Of a DNA stretch of 64,000 bases, positions 7,985-17,318 are shown one piece after another. A program made the translations under genes and the position numbers. Positions within the stretch are counted from its first letter, which is position 1. Each line of letters starts with the position of its first letter. The stretch is from Saprospiraceae bacterium (lineage in GTDB: Bacteria; Bacteroidota; Bacteroidia; Chitinophagales; Saprospiraceae), in the NCBI GenBank assembly GCA_044350415.1, contig JBILHQ010000001.1, positions 22,257 through 86,256 on the forward strand, given 5' to 3'. Under the pieces are notes generated by a model. That model was given only the letters and a program-made list of their open reading frames with translations, ran no database searches and was not told the origin of the DNA.

Positions 7985-9673
7985 TTATAGAGATCGGTCC
8001 CTCAGCGCCTTTACCGCAAAATCACAAGCCCGTGCGGTCAATGCCATAAAGGTAAGGCTGGGATTTTGACAGCCCTGTGAGGGCAGACTAGCTCCATCGG
8101 TGACAAATACATTGGGAACGGCATGGATCTGGTTCCAGGCATTCAGCATACTGGTTTGGGGATCGCGTCCCATCCTGGCGGTTCCAACTTCGTGAATACC
8201 CAGTCCGGGTTGTGCGCCACTATCCCACACATTAATATCCGTAAAACCACCTGTTTCAAGCATTTCCCGAAGCACTGCGGCGATATCGAGGTTCATTTTG
8301 GTTTCATTATCTCCGAAAGCGCAGTCGATATCGAGGGTAGGCATCCCCCATTGGTCCGTTTTCTGGCGATTAATCGTGACTTTATTCTGAAACATGGGCA
8401 ACATTTCTGCTTGTGATTGCAGGAAAACAGACCATGGGCCAGGTTTGGTAAGGGTCGTTTTAAAACCTGCGCCAAAACCAGGCATACCAGTTCCCCTTTC
8501 CCATCCTTCGCGGGAGGCACCGCCGCCGAAAGCAAATCCACGAACGTAATCGGTGCGTTTGTCATTGCCCACATTCCGGAAGCGGGGTATATAAAATCCG
8601 TTGGGCCGCCGTCCCTTGTAGTACATATCTTTAAAGCCTTCGTGCTGTGCGGATGCCAGTATCCTGTAATTGTGATCCATAAGGTGATGCCCCAGCACCC
8701 CGGCATCATTGCCCAACCCATTGGGGAAGCGATTGCTGGTAGAATTGAGCAGAATGAGGGTGGTGTTGAGTGTAGCAGCATTGACGAAGATAATTTTGGC
8801 AAAATATTCTACCACCTCCTTAGTCGTTGCATCGATGACCCGCACGCCAGTAGCGCGCCCTTTTCGTTCGTCGTAAATAATGCTGTGGACAATACTATCG
8901 GGGCGCAGCGTCATTTTTCCGGTAACCGCAGCAGCAGGTAAAGAAGCGGATTGGCTGCTGAAATAGGCGCTGAACGGGCAGCCACGGTGGCACAGGTTGC
9001 GGTATTGGCAAGGGCCACGGCCATTGTGGCGCACCGTAAGATTGGCACTCCGGCCAGTGAGTACGTAGCGGGCAGGAAATGCTTTTTCCACCCGTTTTTT
9101 AAAATCTTTTTCAAGGATATTCATGTCCATTGGCGGTAAAAACTCGCCATCCGGTAACATATCCACCCCGTCCCTGTTGCCGTTAATGCCCACAAAACGC
9201 TCTACATGTGCGTACCAGGGCGCGAGATCATTGTAGCGAATGGGCCAATCACAACCATATCCGTCGATGGCATTCTCCTCAAATTCCAATGCCGGCATCC
9301 GGTAACTCTGTCGGGCCCACATCAAACTTTTTCCGCCGACATGATAGCCTCTGATCCAACTAAAAGGCTTTACCTGGCCATAAGGATGTTGGTCGTCTCG
9401 GACGAACAGGTGGCGTGTTCCTTCGTTAAAGGCATAACACTGCGATTGAACCGGGTGCGTATTTCCCTGATCAGCGCGGGTTTCGCGGTTATGGTGCTCG
9501 AATTGCCAGATGGGGGTGAGGGCCGTATGATAATCGGTAATATGATCGAGTTTAGGGCCCCGTTCGAGTACAAGTGTGCGCAGTCCCCGTTCGCAGAGCT
9601 CTTTGGCTGCCATACCTCCGCTCATGCCGGAGCCAATGACGATGGCATCGTAAGTACGCTTTTTGCTGGGCAT
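7985..9673 (-). CDS. GMC family FAD-dependent oxidoreductase
   Basis: N-terminal Rossmann motif YDAIVIGSGMSGGMAAKEL. The C-terminal GMC-type HEVGTARMG...VFVTDGASLPSQGCQNPSLT is also present. Confidence 0.9.
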   Translation of the reverse strand: MPSKKRTYDAIVIGSGMSGGMAAKELCERGLRTLVLERGPKLDHITDYHTALTPIWQFEHHNRETRADQGNTHPVQSQCYAFNEGTRHLFVRDDQHPYGQVKPFSWIRGYHVGGKSLMWARQSYRMPALEFEENAIDGYGCDWPIRYNDLAPWYAHVERFVGINGNRDGVDMLPDGEFLPPMDMNILEKDFKKRVEKAFPARYVLTGRSANLTVRHNGRGPCQYRNLCHRGCPFSAYFSSQSASLPAAAVTGKMTLRPDSIVHSIIYDERKGRATGVRVIDATTKEVVEYFAKIIFVNAATLNTTLILLNSTSNRFPNGLGNDAGVLGHHLMDHNYRILASAQHEGFKDMYYKGRRPNGFYIPRFRNVGNDKRTDYVRGFAFGGGASREGWERGTGMPGFGAGFKTTLTKPGPWSVFLQSQAEMLPMFQNKVTINRQKTDQWGMPTLDIDCAFGDNETKMNLDIAAVLREMLETGGFTDINVWDSGAQPGLGIHEVGTARMGRDPQTSMLNAWNQIHAVPNVFVTDGASLPSQGCQNPSLTFMALTARACDFAVKALRDRSL

Positions 9674-9977
9674 GGATGATAAACCAGTGTTGTAGTAAAA
9701 AGAAATAAGGGTGCAATTTAGGCGGCAAGATAATGATTGTTGCGGTGACGCATCTTTGATTAATCAATATTGAGCCATTAACGTCCAAAATACCATACCG
9801 GAGAAGTAGTAGGTCATAAACGTTTAATGGTATTTTAATCCCGTATTTATGCTTATTTAAGGTATTAACCATTTGTGGCACAGCATTAGCAAGGGTGTTT
9901 AAGTTATTGAAAATGAATAGTGTTTTCCGATTGACATTATTCATTTCATTTTTTTAATTTTTTTTTACTCAACCGCT

Positions 9978-12900
9978 ATGCGTTTAATTTTTTTAGTCCT
10001 TTTCAGCATTTTGACGTTATCCCAGGTCATTGCTGATAACCACACTGATTACCTGAATCTGATTGTTAATTCCGAAAAACCGGCAGGTGTTGAAGATTTG
10101 CCGTTAACACTGGCCATCGATTCCATTCACCATGTGAATTGCCTGTATTCCACTGGTTATGTTCATGTTCAAGCCCAGGGAGGAACGTCTCCCTATATTT
10201 ATCACTGGAGTAACGGTATAGCAGGGCCTCTCGGCAACGCGCTTATCCCCGGGATTTATACGGTTACAGTCACCGATGCTGCCAGTTTAACCACAGCACT
10301 TCTGGTAGAGGTGGAAGAAAATTTCACTTACCCATTTGCCGATGCTGGCAATGATATTGAAATCCTGTGTGCCGGCGATCCCCTTACCATTAATGGTGCA
10401 GGGTCGATGGGAGCAGGATTTACCTATCTCTGGACTGCTTCCAATGGTGGGAGTATTGCATCCGCGGCAACTACATTAAATCCTTTGATCAATCATGCCG
10501 GTGACTTTATGCTGGTGGTGACCAATGGACAAAATGGGTGTACCGCATCTGCTCTTATGGTTGTAAAAGCCACTTTCGAGTCGCCAGTTGCTACCGTTAC
10601 CGGAGGTATTCTGACCTGTGTTCAGCCGCAGATAACCCTGCAATCCGCCTATAATGTAACGCATACCATGTTCAGTTGGCAAGGACCCGGCAATTTTATG
10701 TCGCCACTACCGAACCCCATCGTCACTACCCAGGGAAACTATATTTTCACATTGACTGACACCGTTACCACCTGTGTTACTACAGCAATGACAACGGTAA
10801 CCTCCAACAGTACGCCTCCGGCTATTACGGCAGCGTCCAGCGGAACCATTAGTTGTCTCAATACTTCTGCAACTATTTTTGCCAATGCTACACCAGCTGG
10901 TGCAACCATTCTTTGGAGCGGCCCTAACGGGTTTTCTTCCGCTGCGCCTTCCCCACTTATTTATATTGGTGGAGTATATAATGTGGTTGCAACTAATCCT
11001 GTAAATGGCTGTACAACGACCGCAACTACCACCGTCAACGCTAATATTATACAACCAGGAGTCGTTGCTACTGGAGGTACACTTACTTGTGCCATTACTT
11101 CAGCCACCCTGCACAGCAGTTCGGGTACACCGGGTGTGGTTTATGCCTGGAAAGGGCCATCGAACTTTACTTCCTATCAGGCCAATCCAGTGGTAGCCTT
11201 TCCCGGAACCTATACTGTCTCTGTTACCAATCCTTCCAATGGATGTATCAGCACAGCGGTTGCAGGCGTTTCCCAAAATGTAACATCACCCAGCCTTACG
11301 ACTACGGGCGCTACTATTACCTGCTTAACGCCATCACCCAAAATTTCAGCTAGTTCCACTACTTCAGGAGTAACCTACTCCTGGGGTGGACCGGGAGCAT
11401 TTAGTTCCACTGTTTTTAACCCCAATGTAACTTTAGGCGGTATTTATACTATTACTATCACAAATCCTGCCAATGGATGCATAAAATCAACTTCAGTATA
11501 CGTAACAGAAGATAAGCAGCCACCCTACGTTTTTGCAGGTACCGACAAGTCGCTCAATTGCAATGTATCTACGGTAATCATGAATCCATTGGGAACTGGT
11601 TGTGGTACCAGTTGTACCTATCTTTGGACTACTGATGATGGCAACATAGTCTTGGGAGCCAACACCTTGTATGCCCGGGCAGATACACCAGGTGCCTATA
11701 CGCTCACGGTAAAAAGCCTCCTTAACGGTTGTATGGCTTCTGATGTAATGGATATCACCCAATCGATGCCAGTGACGGCAACCGCGACCCAACTTGGTAT
11801 GGTAACCTGTAACGGAACTGCTACCGGCTCGGCGAAGGTCACTGGTAGTGGCGTAGGTGCACTGAATTATACCTGGTCGAATGGCGTCACCACGGCCACC
11901 GCCAGTAATTTATCAGCAGGAACTTATACAGTCAAAGTAGCGGATCAGGAAGGATGTAGTGCTGTTGCCAGTGTTACTATTACACAACCTTCTATTTTGG
12001 TTGCAGGTGTTCAAACCACGCCTCAAACAATGGCCGGCTCAAACAATGGAACGGCTTCGACTGTGGTCACAGGCGGAACTGCACCATACACTTATAAATG
12101 GAATACCGGCCCGGTGACAATGTCACTTAGTAATCTGGCTCCGGGAAATTACACCGTTACGGTTACTGACAGTAATGGATGTACAAAAGCGCAAACAGGT
12201 ACGGTAAATTCTGTCGCCTGCTCTATTACCGGATCGGTGACTGCCACCAATGTATCTTGTTTTGGCACGAGCAATGGTACGGCTACCGTGAATCTTACCG
12301 GCACCTCAGGAACAATCACTTATTTATGGTCAAATGGCGGCAATACCAAAACTGTTACCAATCTCGGACCTGGCAATTATTCAGTAACCACAACTGACAA
12401 TAATGGCTGTTCCGCAGTGTTTACCACTCCAATCACCACCCCGCAATTATTGGTATTATCGCTTGCTAATCAGAACAATATCAAATGTTTGGGCCAGCAA
12501 ACCGGCTCTGCTACAGTCTCGGCTTCCGGCGGAACATCCCCGTATAGTTTTGTATGGTCGACAGGCACCAGTGGATCAACCGCCTCCAACCTGAATCCAG
12601 GCACCTACTCCTGTACTGTTACTGATGCAAAAGCATGTACGGTAAAGCAAATGGCACAGATTCAACTCACTGACCATAATCCTCCCCAATTGGCCCTCAA
12701 AAATGCTACTGTTTTCCTGAACAGTTCGGGCATAGCAACAATTACACCAGTGTTATTTGATAATGGCAGTATCGATCTGGAATGCTCTATCAGTTCCTGG
12801 ACGGTGAGCCCAACAACTTTTGATTGTGAGCAAATCGGGACGTATACCGTGACGCTGACGGCCACCGATCAAAATGGCAATACATCTACAGGAAATGCTT

Positions 12901-14585
12901 CGGTAACGGTGCAAGACAATATCGTACCTACGATAACCTGCCCGGCTAGCCAAACTGTTGCGTCCTGTGTTACAACTGTAACCTTTTCGGCACCTGTTGT
13001 AACTGACAACTGTCAGGTTTTCAGCAGTGCAATATTGACCAGCGGTATGCCCTCGGGTTCTGTATTTCCATCTGGATTAACCACCCAGGTATTTTCCTTT
13101 ACCGATTATGGCGGTAACACTGCTACTTGTAATTTTACCATTGCAGTAATGGCCGCTTTTGAGACATCAGTCACCGCTACCCCACTTTCGTGTACGGCTG
13201 TTTGTAATGGGACAGCAAGTGCTGCCGTCAGCGAGATTAATGGATTCGCGAACTACTTATGGAGCAATGGACAAAATAACCCGGTTGCAACCGGACTTTG
13301 TCAGGGGTTTTATACCGTGACCGTTACTGACGCTGCTGGCTGTTCACAAGTTCATCAAGTTGACGTAATGGCAGAGAATGGACCTGCCTACAATTTGTCT
13401 CTGAATACCGTGACTGCAAGTTGTGATGCAGTGTGCGATGGCAGTGTACAGTTGTCTGTGTCTGGTGGTAATTCAACGCCATTCGTATCCTGGAGCACCG
13501 GACAATCCGGCACGTCACTTACTAATCTTTGCCCCGGCAGCTACCAGGCCACATTGACAGACGCTTCCGGGTGCAGTCAAATGCAGGAGATACAAATCGG
13601 TGTGCACGACAATCAGGCGCCCACAATGATTTGTCCGGACAATATTATGCGGGGATCCTGTTTGTCCAATATTGTATTTGATATGCCGCAGGTACTTGAC
13701 AACTGTATCGTGAACCAGCAACAACTCCAGCAAATTAGTGGGTTTGCCTCCGGCACTTCTTTTCCGGCAGGCACCACGATCCAATCCTTTCAATATACCG
13801 ATAACGGTGGCAATGTTGCACAATGCAGTTTTATAGTGACCGTTAGTCCAATATCTGTTTTACAATCATCTGCAACACCAGTCACTTGTGCCAATGCCTG
13901 CAACGGCACTGCAACAGTTAGTGTTAACAGTGGTCAGGGGCCCTTTAATGTATTGTGGAGTACAGGAACACCGGGTTCATCGGTTTTGAACCTTTGTGCA
14001 GGCACTTATACAGCAACCGTTACAGACGGGTCAGGATGCATCCAAACAGCAACAGTTTCTGTCACTCAACCTGGACCACTTGTACTTGGCGTTGATTTGG
14101 TACAAAATGATGCTACCGGAACCGGAACAGGCAGTATCTCCGTGGCAATCAGTGGCGGGGTGTTGCCGTATACATATTCCTGGAAGCGCGATGGCCAGTT
14201 TTTTGCTGCCACAGAAGACCTCAACGGATTATCTGCCGGCCAATACGCTCTTATTGTTACCGATGCCAATGGCTGCACCGTCGCAAGCAGTATACTGACG
14301 ATCAGCACTACTGTAGCAACTGGGGAAGTAACAGAAATCTTGAAAATGGCTGTTTACCCTAATCCAGCCCGTTCGGAGGTTTTCATCCAGTTGGCAGGAT
14401 CAACAGATAAAACCATGCAACTTCAGATTATGAATATGCAAGGCCGCATTTTACGGGAAGAAATGACCACCCGTGAAGGCAGCGATCCAATTATGATAAA
14501 CATAGAAGACTTACCCGAAGGCATGCTGCTGTTTCGTTTGACCAATGGGGAAAGCGCTGTTTCAAAAATGGTAGTAAAAATTTAG
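9978..14585 (+). CDS. T9SS-secreted giant surface protein with Ig-like, SprB and HYR repeats
   Basis: Signal peptide, then six Ig-like repeats of about 78 aa (..TC..P...L....GV.Y.W.GP..F.S...NP.V...G.YT.TVTNP.NGC). It has about 11 SprB-type repeats (C.G..TG.A.V...GG..PYTY.WS.G......NL..G.Y.V.VTD..GC) and two HYR-like modules (D...P.I.CP......C...V.F..P...DNC). The C-terminal sorting domain is VYPNPARSEVFIQL...LLFRLTNGESAVSKMVVKI. Confidence 0.85.
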   Translation: MRLIFLVLFSILTLSQVIADNHTDYLNLIVNSEKPAGVEDLPLTLAIDSIHHVNCLYSTGYVHVQAQGGTSPYIYHWSNGIAGPLGNALIPGIYTVTVTDAASLTTALLVEVEENFTYPFADAGNDIEILCAGDPLTINGAGSMGAGFTYLWTASNGGSIASAATTLNPLINHAGDFMLVVTNGQNGCTASALMVVKATFESPVATVTGGILTCVQPQITLQSAYNVTHTMFSWQGPGNFMSPLPNPIVTTQGNYIFTLTDTVTTCVTTAMTTVTSNSTPPAITAASSGTISCLNTSATIFANATPAGATILWSGPNGFSSAAPSPLIYIGGVYNVVATNPVNGCTTTATTTVNANIIQPGVVATGGTLTCAITSATLHSSSGTPGVVYAWKGPSNFTSYQANPVVAFPGTYTVSVTNPSNGCISTAVAGVSQNVTSPSLTTTGATITCLTPSPKISASSTTSGVTYSWGGPGAFSSTVFNPNVTLGGIYTITITNPANGCIKSTSVYVTEDKQPPYVFAGTDKSLNCNVSTVIMNPLGTGCGTSCTYLWTTDDGNIVLGANTLYARADTPGAYTLTVKSLLNGCMASDVMDITQSMPVTATATQLGMVTCNGTATGSAKVTGSGVGALNYTWSNGVTTATASNLSAGTYTVKVADQEGCSAVASVTITQPSILVAGVQTTPQTMAGSNNGTASTVVTGGTAPYTYKWNTGPVTMSLSNLAPGNYTVTVTDSNGCTKAQTGTVNSVACSITGSVTATNVSCFGTSNGTATVNLTGTSGTITYLWSNGGNTKTVTNLGPGNYSVTTTDNNGCSAVFTTPITTPQLLVLSLANQNNIKCLGQQTGSATVSASGGTSPYSFVWSTGTSGSTASNLNPGTYSCTVTDAKACTVKQMAQIQLTDHNPPQLALKNATVFLNSSGIATITPVLFDNGSIDLECSISSWTVSPTTFDCEQIGTYTVTLTATDQNGNTSTGNASVTVQDNIVPTITCPASQTVASCVTTVTFSAPVVTDNCQVFSSAILTSGMPSGSVFPSGLTTQVFSFTDYGGNTATCNFTIAVMAAFETSVTATPLSCTAVCNGTASAAVSEINGFANYLWSNGQNNPVATGLCQGFYTVTVTDAAGCSQVHQVDVMAENGPAYNLSLNTVTASCDAVCDGSVQLSVSGGNSTPFVSWSTGQSGTSLTNLCPGSYQATLTDASGCSQMQEIQIGVHDNQAPTMICPDNIMRGSCLSNIVFDMPQVLDNCIVNQQQLQQISGFASGTSFPAGTTIQSFQYTDNGGNVAQCSFIVTVSPISVLQSSATPVTCANACNGTATVSVNSGQGPFNVLWSTGTPGSSVLNLCAGTYTATVTDGSGCIQTATVSVTQPGPLVLGVDLVQNDATGTGTGSISVAISGGVLPYTYSWKRDGQFFAATEDLNGLSAGQYALIVTDANGCTVASSILTISTTVATGEVTEILKMAVYPNPARSEVFIQLAGSTDKTMQLQIMNMQGRILREEMTTREGSDPIMINIEDLPEGMLLFRLTNGESAVSKMVVKI

Positions 14586-14723
14586 TCCAAAGTCAGCTAG
14601 TCCCAGGTCTGTAGAGTGTACCCCAAGCATACCGACCACTTGTATCAACCGACATGCTTGAGGTTAACTCTACAGACCCGGGACTAGGGACTAATTGACC
14701 TGGGACTAACTGACTTTGGACTA
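14583..14723. repeat. family-1 palindromic intergenic element, copy A (dimer)
   Basis: The left arm is TAGTCCAAAGTCAGCTAGTCCCAGGTCTGTAGAGTGTACCCCAAGCAT. The right arm is its reverse complement with 4 substitutions and a 22-nt word duplication. It exactly fills the gap between two convergent stop codons. Confidence 0.9.
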
Positions 14724-17201
14724 ACTTTTAATAACCTTCTCCACCCACATCATTTTTCCAAACTTATCCTGTACTTGCAGTAAATAAACACCTGCAGGAA
14801 GGTCGTTAATCTTCCATGCCGCAAAACCATTGCCGCCTAAGGAAGAGATCGTTTCAAAACGCACCTGAGTTCCCCACAACGTATACAACGCCAGTGAACA
14901 GACCTGATCGGGTGTATTTTTTACCACCATTTGCAAATCGCCGGTGGTGGGGTTAGGGGACACATCCACCGCAATTCCTGTTGTTTCCGGCAAAGTAGTA
15001 TTCACCGGAAAATCCATATATCCAGTAGCCAGCGCATATTCGCCGCGGATCATGGTGTCTAAGCGAATAACACCTAAGCCATCGGTCATCGATCCAACGG
15101 CCAGTACCACTGCCCTTGGATAACGTATCCATTCATGCCCTGCTTCCTTGCGGTACAGCACGATAAGGCTGTCTTCTGGTATTGTGGCGAGCAAATCAGC
15201 GTCTAATTCCGCGTTGGTAGTGCCTCGGTCGTACCGGATAATACCGTTGCCAATAAACCCATCAGGCCAAATGCCGTTGATATTCCAGTAATGCCGGGAT
15301 GAAATTTTTACGGTGGATGGCAAATCAGGCGTCACTTCCGGAGCGCTCCAATGGTGCTGAATCAAGACAAAAGCGGAATCACCGGCCGGGACGTTTTTAA
15401 CATTGATTGAAAAAGAGGTGTTCGTGCCGCTCACAGAGCCCGTTGTTTTGACGACTTTATCATAATTCACATGGGCAAGATTCAGCTCCTGGTTCCGGTT
15501 GAGCATACAAAATTGCGGTTCGAAGGGCAATATGAAAGTCGCTGCTCCTTTTTCGCCTGCTGCTATCATTCGCCTGCTTTCAAAACTCCCGTCAGCTTTC
15601 CTGAAATTCACTTCCAATGGAACGTTGTGGTGAAAATGGGTGCTGGCCCGAAGTCCCTGCCGCACGGCAACTGCCGCTTCAAAATTGCCGTTGCCCAAAG
15701 GTTTAACCACACAGGAATCCAGTGCAAAATCTGACCATCCGGGATTAAAGATCCAATCGTCAAAAAAATTAGTGAGGTCCACTCCCGTATAGGCCGTGAG
15801 GCTGTCACGCATTTCATAAGCATCCATTGCTTCGTAGCGAAGTGCCGTTTGTAAATGGGTCATACCGGTCCGAAAAAGTGAATCGCCGAGGTAATAACGC
15901 ATGTTATGCATGGTCATAGCTCCTTTATTGTAGGTAGTAGTTCCGTAGGTGACTTCATGGGGCATTGGAGAAAGTGGTAAAAAAGCACCGTCATCATAAT
16001 GGGCACTAAATAACATGTCCACATTATTTTGTTTTTCGAGGGTAATAAAATCAGTTTTGCCAAAGTAATGTTCGATAAACAAATGCGCACCATATTCAGC
16101 ATTACCTTCTTTTACCCACATATCGGACTCACTACCAACGGTTACCACATTGCCCCACCACTGGTGTGCCAGTTCGTGCGTCAAGATAGAAATATTCGAC
16201 GCGTTATTGACCGGATCAATCAAAAAATCGGGGTAAATAGTATTTCCCGGATTTTCCATGGCTCCACGGGTAGCCAGTGCATACCCGACTTTATTGTAAG
16301 GATATGGACCAAACCAATATTCAAAACAATCCAGTGCTTTATTCAGGTAGTTAAAACAGGCGTTTTTGGCCCGGGTGGTGTCAGCATGGTGGGCCAGTAC
16401 TTCCATAGGGTACTCTTCTCCTGTTAGGCCTGTATGCTGGCGAACCAAATGGCCATAATCGGCAGCAGCAAAGCTCACATGATAAGTACAGGATGGCACA
16501 TCGAGGCGATAAGTGCGCCAGACCTTTTGGCTGTCGGGGCCGGGTATCTCGACCAGAAAATCGCCCGTCGCATAGGTGCGATACGGAAGTGTGGTTAAAA
16601 ATGACATTTCAAAACTCGATCGCTCCACAAAATTGTCGAAACACGGAAACCATGCATGACCGAAGTTGTGTGGATCGTCTGTCAATCCAATACTCAAATT
16701 GTAAATATAATTACCTTCAAAATACACCCCCCCAAAATCGGAAGGCGATTGAATCGGTGTACCCTGGTACCAAACAGTCAGAGAACCTGTTTCACCCACC
16801 GCCATGGGGGCAGGTAAGGTAATTACCAGCGAAATGCCCTGGTGCGAAAAAAGCAGGTTTTCACCTGTTGCATTTTTGATAGAATCTACGGCAAGCCCCA
16901 GAAGATCCAGCGTAATGGTACTCAAATCGGGTATCTTCGGACTAAACAGAACGGTACAAGTACCTTTGAGTTTTTTAGACGCAGGCGAACTGATATCAAT
17001 TTTGATATCATAATGAATAATATCAAAAGAGTCGCTGCGGCTGTTGGAAGCGAAAATAGCTGCCTTTTTTTGAGCAGTTAAGGGTTCGCAATGGGCATCC
17101 CGTTTCATGTAGTGGCAGCCATAGCGCTGTATACTGTCGGGCTGAGCCTGAAGGGTAATCGCCGCAATAAAGCAAAGAAGAAGGGTGTGAATTTTTTTCA
17201 T
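14721..17201 (-). CDS. M1 family metallopeptidase (aminopeptidase N-like), T9SS-secreted
   Basis: Signal peptide; GAMEN motif (TRGAMENPGN); HELAHQWWGN plus WVKEGNAEY. The C-terminal sorting domain is VSPNPTTGDLQMVV...GVYLLQVQD. Confidence 0.9.
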   Translation of the reverse strand: MKKIHTLLLCFIAAITLQAQPDSIQRYGCHYMKRDAHCEPLTAQKKAAIFASNSRSDSFDIIHYDIKIDISSPASKKLKGTCTVLFSPKIPDLSTITLDLLGLAVDSIKNATGENLLFSHQGISLVITLPAPMAVGETGSLTVWYQGTPIQSPSDFGGVYFEGNYIYNLSIGLTDDPHNFGHAWFPCFDNFVERSSFEMSFLTTLPYRTYATGDFLVEIPGPDSQKVWRTYRLDVPSCTYHVSFAAADYGHLVRQHTGLTGEEYPMEVLAHHADTTRAKNACFNYLNKALDCFEYWFGPYPYNKVGYALATRGAMENPGNTIYPDFLIDPVNNASNISILTHELAHQWWGNVVTVGSESDMWVKEGNAEYGAHLFIEHYFGKTDFITLEKQNNVDMLFSAHYDDGAFLPLSPMPHEVTYGTTTYNKGAMTMHNMRYYLGDSLFRTGMTHLQTALRYEAMDAYEMRDSLTAYTGVDLTNFFDDWIFNPGWSDFALDSCVVKPLGNGNFEAAVAVRQGLRASTHFHHNVPLEVNFRKADGSFESRRMIAAGEKGAATFILPFEPQFCMLNRNQELNLAHVNYDKVVKTTGSVSGTNTSFSINVKNVPAGDSAFVLIQHHWSAPEVTPDLPSTVKISSRHYWNINGIWPDGFIGNGIIRYDRGTTNAELDADLLATIPEDSLIVLYRKEAGHEWIRYPRAVVLAVGSMTDGLGVIRLDTMIRGEYALATGYMDFPVNTTLPETTGIAVDVSPNPTTGDLQMVVKNTPDQVCSLALYTLWGTQVRFETISSLGGNGFAAWKINDLPAGVYLLQVQDKFGKMMWVEKVIKS

Positions 17202-17226
17202 AATTTTTTTTTAAAAAAGGCCAAAG

Positions 17227-17318
17227 TTAGTCCCAGGTCCGTAGAGTATACAGCAAGCATCTCGATTTTTACGAATGGCCTGCGTGCGTGGGGATTACTC
17301 TACGGACCTGGGACTAAT
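17227..17318. repeat. family-1 palindromic intergenic element, copy B (dimer)
   Basis: Perfect 22-bp arms: TTAGTCCCAGGTCCGTAGAGTA (17227-17248) and TACTCTACGGACCTGGGACTAA (17297-17318). It abuts the TAG stop of the upstream minus-strand gene. Confidence 0.9.

Noticed and set aside
8293-8941. Long antisense and alternative-frame ORFs inside the GMC oxidoreductase gene (8293..8802 minus, 8417..8941 plus). Similar cases lie inside other large genes, for example 46906..47724, 41746..42306, 41798..42322, 62586..63131, 39321..39878 and 19642..20166.
   Set aside because: Each lies wholly within a gene with strong motif support on the other strand or frame. Their translations are low-complexity or Arg/Ser/Cys-rich with no recognisable motif. 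This is typical of shadow ORFs.
9552-9944. A 130-aa minus-strand ORF spanning the GMC start and the upstream A/T-rich intergenic region.
   Set aside because: It overlaps the 5' end of the GMC gene in another frame. The remainder is translation of an A/T-rich promoter region with no signal or motif.
9911-9950. An imperfect hairpin, GAAAATGAATAG...TATTCATTTC, upstream of the SprB-repeat gene, considered as a possible regulatory RNA or riboswitch.
   Set aside because: The stem is short and A/T-rich in an A/T-rich promoter region. It does not resemble any riboswitch class I know, so it is not reportable beyond this note.
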